A DNA stretch of 64,000 nt from Planctomycetota bacterium (GTDB lineage Bacteria; Planctomycetota; PLA2; JAEUHO01): assembly GCA_965223505.1 (NCBI GenBank), contig CBDCWP010000034.1, positions 128,001 through 192,000 of the forward strand, read 5' to 3'. Both the position numbers and the translations under genes were made by a program. Of this stretch, positions 49,476-58,810 are shown piece after piece. Every line of letters begins with the position of its first letter. Positions within the stretch are counted from its first letter, which is position 1. Under the pieces are notes generated by a model. The model saw only the letters and a list, made by a program, of their open reading frames with translations, ran no database searches and had not been told where the DNA came from.

Positions 49476-50788
49476 TCGGGAGCTTCACCAACCTCTTCCG
49501 CGTCCCGGACATCCGGAAGCGCCTCGGGATCACCCTCGGGTTCCTGCTGCTCTATCGAGTCGGCTGGAACATCCCGATTCCGGGTGTGGATCTCGGACTG
49601 CTGGACCGCGCGTCGAGTCAGACGGGTGGGGGCGACTTCGCCGCCATCTTCAGCCTGATCTCCGGCGGCGGACTCTACTCCTGCGCCCTGTTCAGCCTCG
49701 GCATCATGCCGTACATCAGCGCGAGCATCATCTTCAGCCTGCTGACCAAGGTCGTGCCGAGCCTGGAGAAGGTCGCCAAGGAGGGCGCCGCGGGTCAGCG
49801 CAAGATCAACCAGTGGACGCGTCTGACGACGGTTCCTCTGTCGATGTTGCAGGCCGTGATCCTGGTCGGGAACGTCTACCAGAATCCCAACAGCCAGCTC
49901 GGCGGCGCGCTGCTCGAGCCCGGCTTCCTGCCCGCGCTCACCGCTGTCATGACGCTCACGGCCGGCACCATCTTCCTGATGTGGGTCGGCGAGCAGATCA
50001 CCGAGTACGGCGTCGGCAACGGCATCTCGCTGCTGATCATGGCGGGCATCGTGGCCCGCGTACCGGACTCCGTGGCGTGGCTGATCAAGAACGAGTCGGG
50101 CATGTTCCTGCCGTTCGCGCTGCTGGTGCTGTTCTTCGTGATCGTCATCGTGGTGGTCTACATCACGAAGGGCACGCGCAAGATCCCCGTGCAGTACGCG
50201 AAGCTGACCCGCGGCCGCAAGGTCTACGGCGGCCAGCGGCACTTCCTGCCCATCAAGGTCAACCAGGCGGGCGTGATGCCGGTCATCTTCGCCTCGGCCC
50301 TGCTGTCCTTCCCGACGATGATCGGCGAGGGCCTGAAGTGGGACTGGCTGGCCAACTCGATGCGTTTCGGCTCGTGGACCTACACGGTCACGAGCGTCCT
50401 GCTGATCTTCTTCTTCTCGTACTTCTGGACGTCGCTGATGTTCAACCCGGTCGAGATGTCGAAGAACATGAAAGAGGGCGGCTCGTTCGTTCCGGGCATC
50501 CGTCCCGGCAAGCGCACGGCCGAGTTCCTGCAGAAGGTCATGACGCGCATCACGCTGGCCGGCGCGACGTTCCTCGCCGTCATCGCCATCGTGCCGCAGT
50601 GGCTGGCGCAGGCGGTGTCGGAGAAGACGCCGGCGACCATCGCGTACTTCCTGGGCGGCACGTCGATCCTGATCGTCGTGAGCGTCGCGCTGGACCTCGT
50701 CGAGAAGCTCAACAGCGCGCTGATGATGCGCAGCTACGAGGGCTTCCTGCGCGGCGGCGCCGGCCCCGGCGGACGGAGGAAGAGGTAG
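49472..50788 (+). CDS. secY: Preprotein translocase subunit SecY
   Basis: LGIMPYISASII, GVGNGISL, AGVMPVIFA and PGIRPG motifs. Confidence 0.99.
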   Translation: MIGSFTNLFRVPDIRKRLGITLGFLLLYRVGWNIPIPGVDLGLLDRASSQTGGGDFAAIFSLISGGGLYSCALFSLGIMPYISASIIFSLLTKVVPSLEKVAKEGAAGQRKINQWTRLTTVPLSMLQAVILVGNVYQNPNSQLGGALLEPGFLPALTAVMTLTAGTIFLMWVGEQITEYGVGNGISLLIMAGIVARVPDSVAWLIKNESGMFLPFALLVLFFVIVIVVVYITKGTRKIPVQYAKLTRGRKVYGGQRHFLPIKVNQAGVMPVIFASALLSFPTMIGEGLKWDWLANSMRFGSWTYTVTSVLLIFFFSYFWTSLMFNPVEMSKNMKEGGSFVPGIRPGKRTAEFLQKVMTRITLAGATFLAVIAIVPQWLAQAVSEKTPATIAYFLGGTSILIVVSVALDLVEKLNSALMMRSYEGFLRGGAGPGGRRKR

Positions 50789-50790
50789 TC

Positions 50791-51360
50791 ATGCGACTCA
50801 TCCTTCTCGGCCCTCCCGGCGCAGGCAAAGGCACCCAGGCGGAGCGCATCTGCGCTCAGCACGAGATCCTGCACCTCTCGACCGGCGACCTGCTGCGCGC
50901 GGCCGTGGCCGCCGAGACCGAGCTGGGTGTCGATGCCAAGGGCTTCATGGACCGCGGCGAGCTCGTCCCCGACGAGCTGGTGCTCTCGTTGCTCGTGGAG
51001 CGGCTGGAGAGCGCGGAGGCGCGCGCCGGCTACCTGCTCGACGGGTTTCCGCGCAACGTGAGCCAGGCCAAGGCCCTCGCCGGCAAGATCGGTGACGACG
51101 CGATCGAAGCCGTCCTGCATCTGAAGCTGGATGACGAAGAGATCGTCCGGCGGCTGCTCTCGCGCGGCCGCAAGGACGACACCGAGCCGGTGATCCGCAA
51201 CCGGCTCAAGGTCTACCGCGAAGAGACGTCGCCGCTGATCGAGTTCTACGATCAGCGCGGGCTGCTGCGCACGGTGGACGCGAAGGGCAGCATCGACGAG
51301 ATCGCCGCGCGCATCTCGGACGTGCTCGAGAACAACGAGCCGGCGGAGCAAGGAGCATGA
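50791..51360 (+). CDS. adk: Adenylate kinase (short LID)
   Basis: [17 protein letters not shown] and LDGFPR motifs. Confidence 0.98.
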   Translation: MRLILLGPPGAGKGTQAERICAQHEILHLSTGDLLRAAVAAETELGVDAKGFMDRGELVPDELVLSLLVERLESAEARAGYLLDGFPRNVSQAKALAGKIGDDAIEAVLHLKLDDEEIVRRLLSRGRKDDTEPVIRNRLKVYREETSPLIEFYDQRGLLRTVDAKGSIDEIAARISDVLENNEPAEQGA

Positions 51361-51382
51361 TGAAGGAACGGAAGAAGCCGTA

Positions 51383-51598
51383 ATGGCACGTGAGGACAAC
51401 CTCCGCCTCGACGCGAAAGTCGTGGAAGCCCGGCCGAACGCGATGTTCGTGTGCGAGCTCGAGAACGGTCACCGCATCCTCGCCCACATCTCGGGCAAGA
51501 TGCGGATGAACTGGATTCGGATCCTCCCCGGCGACCGCGTGACCGTCGAGATGAGCCCTTACGACCTCTCCAAAGGCCGCATCGTGTATCGCGACTAG
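51383..51598 (+). CDS. infA: Translation initiation factor IF-1
   Basis: AHISGKMR and [16 protein letters not shown] motifs. Confidence 0.98.
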   Translation: MAREDNLRLDAKVVEARPNAMFVCELENGHRILAHISGKMRMNWIRILPGDRVTVEMSPYDLSKGRIVYRD

Positions 51599-51618
51599 CT
51601 CGCGACAGGAATGGAACA

Positions 51619-51732
51619 ATGAAGGTTCGATCGAGCGTCAAACGCATCTGCGAGAACTGCCGGATCATCCGGCGCAAGGGCAAGGTGCGTGTCATTTGCA
51701 CGAACCCGCGCCACAAGCAGGTGCAGGGTTAG
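51619..51732 (+). CDS. rpmJ: 50S ribosomal protein L36
   Basis: [14 protein letters not shown]...[13 protein letters not shown]. Confidence 0.98.
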   Translation: MKVRSSVKRICENCRIIRRKGKVRVICTNPRHKQVQG

Positions 51733-51763
51733 GCAGGGCGAAGCGCCCACAGGAGACTGAGTC

Positions 51764-52147
51764 ATGCCCCGTATCGTCGGTGTAGACATCCCCAACGAGA
51801 AGGTGACCTACGTCGCCTTGCAGTACATCCACGGCATCGGCAAGCACACGTCGCTCAAGCTCTGCGCCGCGCTCGGTCTGGACCCGACCCGGCGCGCCAA
51901 GGAGCTGACCGACGAGGAGCTCGCGCGCCTCGCCAACGAGATCGAGCAGTCGTTCGTCGTCGAGGGCAACCTGCGTCGTCAGACGCAGCAGAACATCGCC
52001 CGTCTGAAGGAGATCGGTTGCTATCGCGGCCTGCGTCACCGGCGCGGTTTGCCCGTGCGCGGACAGCGCACCCAGACCAACGCGCGGTCCCGGAAGGGGC
52101 CCCGAAAGACGGTCGCAGGCAAGAAGAGCGTCAAGCAACTTCGCTAA
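51764..52147 (+). CDS. rpsM: 30S ribosomal protein S13
   Basis: [22 protein letters not shown] motif. Confidence 0.98.
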   Translation: MPRIVGVDIPNEKVTYVALQYIHGIGKHTSLKLCAALGLDPTRRAKELTDEELARLANEIEQSFVVEGNLRRQTQQNIARLKEIGCYRGLRHRRGLPVRGQRTQTNARSRKGPRKTVAGKKSVKQLR

Positions 52148-52346
52148 CATACTAGGGGAAAACGAGTTAGGTCGGTCGGCTCCAAAGTTGCAGGGGGTCG
52201 CACCGGCATTAATCTGAGCCATTCGGTTTCGTCGCGCCGCCACGTCCCAGAGAACCCCCTTCCGAACGCCCATTTTTTGGGCCCTCGAAGGCCTCCCGGG
52301 CGTCCCTGCGTACGCGTTTCGAGCCGTGTGATTCGTCGGGAGCGTC

Positions 52347-52721
52347 ATGGCCGGTAAGAAGAAGATTCGCAGGAACGTTCCGAAGGCCGTGGTGCACATC
52401 CAGGCCTCGTTCAACAACACGATCGTTTCGATTGCGGCGCCCAACGGCGAGACCCTTTGCTGGGACTCAGCTGGAACCATCGGATTCAAGGGCAGCCGCA
52501 AGTCGACGCCGTTCGCCGCGCAGAAGGCCGCCGAACGCGCCGCCGAGAAGGCGCTCAAGATGGGCGTGCGCGAGGTGGAAGTCCGGGTCAAGGGACCCGG
52601 AGCAGGCCGCGAGTCGGCGATCCGCAGCCTGCAGGCGCGCGGATTGAAGATCCGCGCCATCGAAGACGTGACGCCGTTGCCGCACAACGGCTGCCGGCCG
52701 CGCAAGCGTCGCCGCGTGTAG
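52347..52721 (+). CDS. rpsK: 30S ribosomal protein S11
   Basis: [16 protein letters not shown] and [12 protein letters not shown] motifs. Confidence 0.98.
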   Translation: MAGKKKIRRNVPKAVVHIQASFNNTIVSIAAPNGETLCWDSAGTIGFKGSRKSTPFAAQKAAERAAEKALKMGVREVEVRVKGPGAGRESAIRSLQARGLKIRAIEDVTPLPHNGCRPRKRRRV

Positions 52722-52869
52722 TCAGTTTCTCACCGGGCGCTCGCTGGACGTCCGGAGTGTTTTTCGTTCGAACCCAATCGTTTTTCTTTCAAAGCGCGAA
52801 CAGTCAACCGCACGGGCGAGCATCTACGGATTTCCGAGGCGCCGCAGCGTGGGGATTACGGAGGATTGA

Positions 52870-53931
52870 ATGAGGATCCGTTGGCGGAACCTTGAGCTTC
52901 CCACCAAAGTCGTCGCCGATTCGGCGACGCGCACCGATACCTACGCGAAGTTCACGGCGGAGCCGTTCGAGCGCGGGTACGGCGTGACGGTCGGCAACGG
53001 CCTGCGTCGGGTGCTGCTCTCCTCGATCGAGGGGACCGCGGTCACGTCGGTGAAGATCCAGGGCGTCAAGCACGAGTTCTCGTCGATCGACGGCGTGAAG
53101 GAAGACGTCACGGACATCATTCTCGCGCTGAAGGCGCTGCGGATTCAGTTCCACACGGACGATCCGAAGGTGCTGCGGATCGAGAAGTCGGGTGAGGGCC
53201 CAGTGACGGGCGCCGACATCCAGACCACCTCGGATTGCGACGTCGTCAACACCGACCTCGTCATCTGCAACCTCACCACCGATCGCGCCTTCGAGGCCGA
53301 GATCGAGGTTCGCCGCGGTCGCGGCTACGTGACCGCCGAGGAAAACTCCCGCGAGGAGCAGGAGATCGGCGTGATTCCGGTCGACGCGATCTTCTCGCCC
53401 ATCCAGCGCGTCCGCTACCGCACGGAGAACACCCGCGTCGGCAAGCTGACGAACTACGACCGGCTGATTCTCGAGCTGTGGACGGACGGGACGATCACGC
53501 CCGAGATGGCCCTGGTCGAGGCGAGCAAGATCTACCGCAAGCACCTCAACCCCTTCATCCAGTTCTTCGACGTCGGCAAGGAGCTGCTGATGGACGCCCC
53601 GGTGACGGAGCTGCCCACGGCCGCCACGTCGCCGTTCTCGCTGCCCACGTCGTTGGAGCCCGCCCCGGCGCCCGTTCAGGTCGCGGTGGGCGGTGGCGAC
53701 CGCGAGGAGGTCAAGCGTAAGCTGGAGCTCCCGATCGCGGCGATGGACCTGTCCGTGCGTGCCAGCAACTGCCTGGAGGCGGAGGGCATCCAGACCATCG
53801 CCGACCTGGTGGTGCGTGGCCACGACGAGCTCATGCACCTGAAGAACTTCGGCCGGACCTCCTTGAAGGAGATCCTGAAGAAGTTGGACGAGATGGGCCT
53901 GAGCCTCGGCATGGACGTCGAGAACATCTAG
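52870..53931 (+). CDS. rpoA: RNA polymerase subunit alpha
   Basis: EPFERGYGVTVGNGLRRVLLSS, LSVRASNCL and NFGRTSL motifs. Confidence 0.98.
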   Translation: MRIRWRNLELPTKVVADSATRTDTYAKFTAEPFERGYGVTVGNGLRRVLLSSIEGTAVTSVKIQGVKHEFSSIDGVKEDVTDIILALKALRIQFHTDDPKVLRIEKSGEGPVTGADIQTTSDCDVVNTDLVICNLTTDRAFEAEIEVRRGRGYVTAEENSREEQEIGVIPVDAIFSPIQRVRYRTENTRVGKLTNYDRLILELWTDGTITPEMALVEASKIYRKHLNPFIQFFDVGKELLMDAPVTELPTAATSPFSLPTSLEPAPAPVQVAVGGGDREEVKRKLELPIAAMDLSVRASNCLEAEGIQTIADLVVRGHDELMHLKNFGRTSLKEILKKLDEMGLSLGMDVENI

Positions 53932-53987
53932 GACCCGGCACTGAGACCGACGGACGAGATTCTGGAAGACAGGGATTAGGACGAGCC

Positions 53988-54419
53988 ATGCGACATCGTG
54001 TAGCCGGCAAGAAGCTGACCCGCGACACCCAGCACCGGGCTGCGATGCGTCGCAATCTGGCGCGAGCGCTGTTTCTGAACGGCCGGATCGTGACGACGAT
54101 GGCCAAGGCCAAGGCGACGCGACGGTACATCGACAAGCTGATCACCCGCGCGAAGCGCGCGGCGGCGCTGAAGGACTCGGACCGCGCGGCCTACGTGCAT
54201 CAGGTGCGCCTGCTGCGTCGCGAGATCCCCGAGCGCCAGATCCTGAGTCTCCTGGTCGAGCAGATCGCGCCGCTTTGCAAGGACCGTCCCGGCGGGTACA
54301 CCCGCATCATTCGCGACGCCAAGAACAACCTCGGCGACAACTCGCCGCGCGTGATCTGGGAGTTCGTGGACCGTCCGGTCGAAGAGGACGAGGCGGATAC
54401 CAAGAAGAAGAAGAAGTAG
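53988..54419 (+). CDS. rplQ: 50S ribosomal protein L17
   Basis: MRHR...HRAAMRRNL and RPGGYTRI motifs. Confidence 0.97.
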   Translation: MRHRVAGKKLTRDTQHRAAMRRNLARALFLNGRIVTTMAKAKATRRYIDKLITRAKRAAALKDSDRAAYVHQVRLLRREIPERQILSLLVEQIAPLCKDRPGGYTRIIRDAKNNLGDNSPRVIWEFVDRPVEEDEADTKKKKK

Positions 54420-54447
54420 TAGTAGCTCGCGAGAACGAAGGAAGTGC

Positions 54448-55290
54448 ATGGAGGGCGCCCGCCACACCACTCGAGGTTCGGCGCTCTGGGACTTCCTCTA
54501 TACGTTCATCACGGCGCGGCGCGTCTTTCTTTCGATCTTCAAGCGCTATGAGCGCCGCGTCCTGAAGGCGGCCCGCGAGCGCGGTGTGGATCGCAGCGAT
54601 CTCGTTCTCCCGCCGCAGCAGCTCTGGAAGCTGTTCCACTTGCGCCGGCTCGAACTGCTGCGCGATCAACGACTCGGGCCGTTGCGGGAGCTGTCGCAGC
54701 AGATCTTCGGTGACAGCGGCGACGAAGGCCTCATGGACGCGTACTGCGGCCACATGTATCACGAGATCTCGATTCTCAGCGAGGAGCACCAGAGCGTGGG
54801 GCGGTTCGTGCGTCACCACGACCCTCGCCGCTACCGCGCGCTGTTCGAAGAGGTGAGCGGCTACTACCCGACGCGCCTGCGGCGGGTGAAGCGCTTCTTC
54901 GCGAGCGGCATGAAGCGGCTCGACGAGCTGCTGCCGCGTTGGAGCTCCGAGCGCGTCGTGATCCGCAGCACCTACCTGTTCGGCGATCGGTTGGCGCGCC
55001 TGGCGTACGGCCGCGGGCGTGAGGCCCTGTACCAGCGCATGTACCCGCGCGGCGGGGCCATTCGCGGGTACTTGACGGCGGCCCGTTCGTTCATGGATTC
55101 GGGATTCACGCCGCAGGCCGGCGCGGCGCTCGGCGAGGCGGCGCGCATCGCGAAGACACTGGAGGGCAGCGGTCGCGATCTCATGACGGACGACCGCGCT
55201 GCGATCCAAGAAGTGCAAGAGATGATGGTGTTGCTGATGGGCGGCGCGAAGGGGGCGGCCGCCGGTGTCGAGAGCGGGACCCCGGAGTAG
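54448..55290 (+). CDS. Hypothetical helical protein (280 aa)
   Basis: Long ORF with native codon bias directly after rplQ; no family recognised. Confidence 0.7.
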   Translation: MEGARHTTRGSALWDFLYTFITARRVFLSIFKRYERRVLKAARERGVDRSDLVLPPQQLWKLFHLRRLELLRDQRLGPLRELSQQIFGDSGDEGLMDAYCGHMYHEISILSEEHQSVGRFVRHHDPRRYRALFEEVSGYYPTRLRRVKRFFASGMKRLDELLPRWSSERVVIRSTYLFGDRLARLAYGRGREALYQRMYPRGGAIRGYLTAARSFMDSGFTPQAGAALGEAARIAKTLEGSGRDLMTDDRAAIQEVQEMMVLLMGGAKGAAAGVESGTPE

Positions 55291-55403
55291 TCGCCGTCGG
55301 TGAGAGCGACGGCGTGCGCGTACACGTCCACGTGAGACGCGGTGGTCGAGCCGGCCCATGCAACGATTGCGCCCGAACCACAGGTGCGCCCTACAATCCC
55401 CGA

Positions 55404-56843
55404 ATGCCCTCCGACACGTCCGTTCATCCCGCGCCGCACGTCGCCCCCGCGGACGACATCGCGCTCTCCGGCGAAGCGCGCCACGTGTACTTCGTCAGCT
55501 TCGGCTGCCAGATGAACGTGCTCGACTCGGAGCTCGTGCTGGGGGACCTGAAGCGCAACGGCTACCGCCGCACCGACGAGATGCGCACCGCCGACGTCGT
55601 GCTCATCAACACCTGCTCGATCCGCGAGCACGCCGAATCGAAGGTCTGGAGCCTTCTGGGCCGCGCACGCCAAGTCAAGTCCGCGCGCCCGCACATGAAG
55701 ATCGGCGTCATCGGTTGCATGGCGCAGCGCGTCAAGAACGACATCGCCAAGCGCGCGCCGCACGTCGACCTCATCCTCGGCACGTCCAACTTCCGCTCGG
55801 CCGTACAGGACCTGGAGGATCTCTTCGACGGCGGCGGCCGCATCGTGCGCACCGACAAGCGGCCGGACCCCGAGTTCCTCCCCGACGCCGACCGCAACGT
55901 CACCGTTCGGCCGGACCCGTTCCGCGCGTACGTCACGATCATGCGCGGCTGCAACCACAGCTGCACGTACTGCATCGTCCCGCACACGCGCGGCAAGGAG
56001 GTCTCGCGTCCGGTCGACGACGTCCTGCACGAGGTCCAGGCGCTCGTCGACGACGGCGTGCGCGAGGTCACCTTCCTCGGGCAGAACATCAACACCTACG
56101 GCCAGGACCTGCATCCGAAGCGCGAGCACACCGGTGAGATCTGCACGCTGCTCGAGCGCGCCGCCGAGATCGAAGGGCTGGACCGGATCCGGTTCCTCAC
56201 CAGCAATCCGTTCGACATGACCGAGGACATGATGCGTCGCTTCGGCGCCGTGAAGAAGGTCATGCCGTGGCTGCACATCCCGGCGCAGTCCGGTTCCGAC
56301 GCCGTGCTGCGTCGCATGCAGCGCACGTACACGGTCGCGCAGTACCACGAGGTCGTCGGTTGGGCCCGCAAGCACATCCCGGGCGTCGAGATCACCTGCG
56401 ACTTCATCGTCGGCTTCACCGGCGAGACCGACGAGGACTTCGAAGCGACGAAGCAGCTCGTGCGCGACGTCGGATTCCTGCAGTCGTACGTCTTCAAGTA
56501 CAGCCTGCGTCCGCGAACCCTCTCGGCGCGCAACCTGCCCGACGACGTTCCCGAAGACGTGAAGAAGCGCCGCAACGTCGAGCTGTTGGCGGTGCAGGAC
56601 GAGATCGCGCTGGCGCGCAACCGGAGGATGATCGGAGAGCGAGTCGAGGTGCTGGTCGAGGGCGTCAGCAAGTCCGACGCCTCGCGCGTGACCGGCCGCG
56701 ACTTCAGCAACCGGCTCGTCCACTTCGACGGGGGGGGCGAGCTCGCGGGCCGCTTGGCGATCGTCGAGATCACCGATGCCTGGGCGCACTCGTTCATCGG
56801 AAAGCTGATCGAGGTCGAGGAAGCGTCACGGATCGAGCCGTGA
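55404..56843 (+). CDS. miaB: tRNA-2-methylthio-N6-isopentenyladenosine synthase
   Basis: GCQMN, NTCSIRE, GCMAQ, radical-SAM CNHSCTYC..P..RG.E.SR and C-terminal TRAM domain. Confidence 0.95.
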   Translation: MPSDTSVHPAPHVAPADDIALSGEARHVYFVSFGCQMNVLDSELVLGDLKRNGYRRTDEMRTADVVLINTCSIREHAESKVWSLLGRARQVKSARPHMKIGVIGCMAQRVKNDIAKRAPHVDLILGTSNFRSAVQDLEDLFDGGGRIVRTDKRPDPEFLPDADRNVTVRPDPFRAYVTIMRGCNHSCTYCIVPHTRGKEVSRPVDDVLHEVQALVDDGVREVTFLGQNINTYGQDLHPKREHTGEICTLLERAAEIEGLDRIRFLTSNPFDMTEDMMRRFGAVKKVMPWLHIPAQSGSDAVLRRMQRTYTVAQYHEVVGWARKHIPGVEITCDFIVGFTGETDEDFEATKQLVRDVGFLQSYVFKYSLRPRTLSARNLPDDVPEDVKKRRNVELLAVQDEIALARNRRMIGERVEVLVEGVSKSDASRVTGRDFSNRLVHFDGGGELAGRLAIVEITDAWAHSFIGKLIEVEEASRIEP

Positions 56844-57340
56844 CGGCGCCGATTGCTGCTGTCGGAGAATCGCTTCTCGCACTTCTGCGCGAGGGACTCC
56901 GCGCTTCAGACCAGCAGCGCGTCGTGTTGGTGTCGCCCGCCGAGGCGGTGGGCACCGATGCCGGGCTCTCGGTGTTCCTCTTCCACCTGCAGGGGAGTCC
57001 GGACCTCAGAAGTCCGGCCGGCAAGGGCGGGCGCTCGGGCGCGACGCTCGATCTGCACTTCCTGATCACCGCTCATCTCGATAAGGGGATCCCCGACGTC
57101 AGCGACCGCGAAGCGGCTGCCCTCGCCGAGCTGGGCCGCGCCATCGGCGTCTTGCACGACAACCAGGTCTTGCGGGGCGCCCGGCTGCGAGGGGAGCTGG
57201 CGGACACGGATCTCGTCCTTCGAGTCGAGATGGTGACGCTGACGACGAAGGACCTGGCAGCTGTTTGGAGCCTCTTCCCAGGCATTTCCTACCGGACGTC
57301 CGCAGCATTCCGCGTTTCCCTGGTCCCGATCGAGGGCTGA
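56840..57340 (+). CDS. DUF4255 / Pvc16-N-like protein
   Basis: IAAVGESLLALL, LSVFLF, LDLHFLITA, LGRAIGVLHD and VWSLF...YRTSAAFRVSLVPI motifs; GTG overlaps the miaB stop. Confidence 0.75.
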   Translation: MTAPIAAVGESLLALLREGLRASDQQRVVLVSPAEAVGTDAGLSVFLFHLQGSPDLRSPAGKGGRSGATLDLHFLITAHLDKGIPDVSDREAAALAELGRAIGVLHDNQVLRGARLRGELADTDLVLRVEMVTLTTKDLAAVWSLFPGISYRTSAAFRVSLVPIEG

Positions 57341-57373
57341 GCCTGCAGCCTCCGCACGTGGTATCCCTGGGCG

Positions 57374-58198
57374 ATGCGCGACGTTCTTACGGCTCTCTCC
57401 GTCTGCGGGCTCCTCGGATCGGGCGTGATTGCCGGGGTGTTCTTCGCCTTCTCGAGCTTCGTGATGGGAGCGCTCGGTCGCCGGCCCCCGCTCGAGGGGC
57501 TGCAAGCCATGCAGTCGATCAACGTGGTCGTGCTGAACTGGCGCTTTCTGGGCGCCTTCATCGGGACCGCGGTCATCTCGGCGGCTGTAGTCGTTCTGGC
57601 GCTGATGGAAGGTGGACCGGCGGCCGGCTACCTCGTCGCGGGCGGCGTGCTCTACGTGGTCGGCACGTTTGTCGTGACCGCGTTCGGCAACGTCCCCCTC
57701 AACGAGGCGCTGGCGAAGGTGTCACCGAGCGACGACGGCGCTGCGGAGGCGTGGCGCCGGTACGCAAGGCGCTGGACGTCTTGGAACCACGCGCGAACGC
57801 TCGCGGCCGCGCTCGCTGCGCTCTCTTTCTGCGTCGGGCTTCTTCAGCCGGACGCAGCGGCCGTCGCGGGCGCCGTGACGCCGCGTGAGCAGGAGGTGGA
57901 CCGAAGCGCCATCCTCGCGGCCGCCAAGGGGGCCAACTCGCGCGTGGTCGTCATCCCGACGGACGGCGCGCCGGAGAGCGTCGTCGTGGACCAGCTCACG
58001 GCCTGGAAGGACGCCGGGACCGGGCATGTCCTGCCGCTGGACGCCGATCGACCGGAGAGCGCGGCCGGGCTCTTCCGGCTCGCGGACGTCATCGAGCTCG
58101 CGGGCCCCGGCCCGCACTCGGTCGTAGGGCGGGACGACGTTCGCCTGGCGCTCGATGCCGCGCGCGCGCGCGGCGCGATCGTGGTGGGGGGCGAGTAG
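57374..58198 (+). CDS. DUF1772 (anthrone oxygenase-like) membrane domain plus a truncated cyanophycinase-like domain
   Basis: AGVFFAFSSFVM.AL, AMQSIN, GNVPLNEAL and WNHART motifs; then RVVVIPT...ARGAIVVGGE-stop. Confidence 0.75.
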   Translation: MRDVLTALSVCGLLGSGVIAGVFFAFSSFVMGALGRRPPLEGLQAMQSINVVVLNWRFLGAFIGTAVISAAVVVLALMEGGPAAGYLVAGGVLYVVGTFVVTAFGNVPLNEALAKVSPSDDGAAEAWRRYARRWTSWNHARTLAAALAALSFCVGLLQPDAAAVAGAVTPREQEVDRSAILAAAKGANSRVVVIPTDGAPESVVVDQLTAWKDAGTGHVLPLDADRPESAAGLFRLADVIELAGPGPHSVVGRDDVRLALDAARARGAIVVGGE

Positions 58199-58301
58199 CC
58201 GGTGTCGTCGCTCGCTGACGTCACCTCGAGCGACGCCGGCTCGCCGAACCGGATCGAGAGGCGCGCATCGTGCAGCCCATGACGCTGTATCCTGGCGCCG
58301 C

Positions 58302-58718
58302 ATGAACGCACTCGAACTCACGCTCGAGGTGGAAGCGGAGATCAAGGCGCTCCACCGGGAATTCCGCAGCTGGTTTCGGGGCGAGTCGAACGACATCTCG
58401 CGCATGGACGGTTCGTTTGCCGCGTATTTCACGTTCATCTCCCCGCAGGGTGAGATGGTCGATCGCGCGGAGCTCATGCAGAATCTGCGCGCCGGCAAGG
58501 GCGCCAGCCGCATCGACATCCAGATCGACAACGTGATGGTGCATTGGAGCGAAGGTGACGCGATCGTCGCGTCGTACGAAGAGATCCACGTTCACGCCGA
58601 CTACAAGACCGTGCGCCAGTCGACGGTGTTGATGACGCGCGATGCGAAGGCGCCGGGCGGGTTCCTTTGGCGACATGTCCACGAGACCTGGAAGATCCCG
58701 CCGCCGCATCGGCGCTAG
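58302..58718 (+). CDS. NTF2-like (DUF4440-like) protein
   Basis: LHREFRSWF.G, FTFISPQG, YEE, RQSTV and WRHVHETW motifs. Confidence 0.75.
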   Translation: MNALELTLEVEAEIKALHREFRSWFRGESNDISRMDGSFAAYFTFISPQGEMVDRAELMQNLRAGKGASRIDIQIDNVMVHWSEGDAIVASYEEIHVHADYKTVRQSTVLMTRDAKAPGGFLWRHVHETWKIPPPHRR

Positions 58719-58810
58719 CGACTTCCGTCCCGAACATCGAGCACGATGCTGCGCTGCGCCGGGCCACTCGTTATCTAGAGGCGGGGTTTGGACACGGCCG
58801 GAGGTCCGCT

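Noticed and set aside
54417..54425. Triple TAG stop after rplQ
   Set aside because: Tandem stops after highly expressed genes are ordinary.
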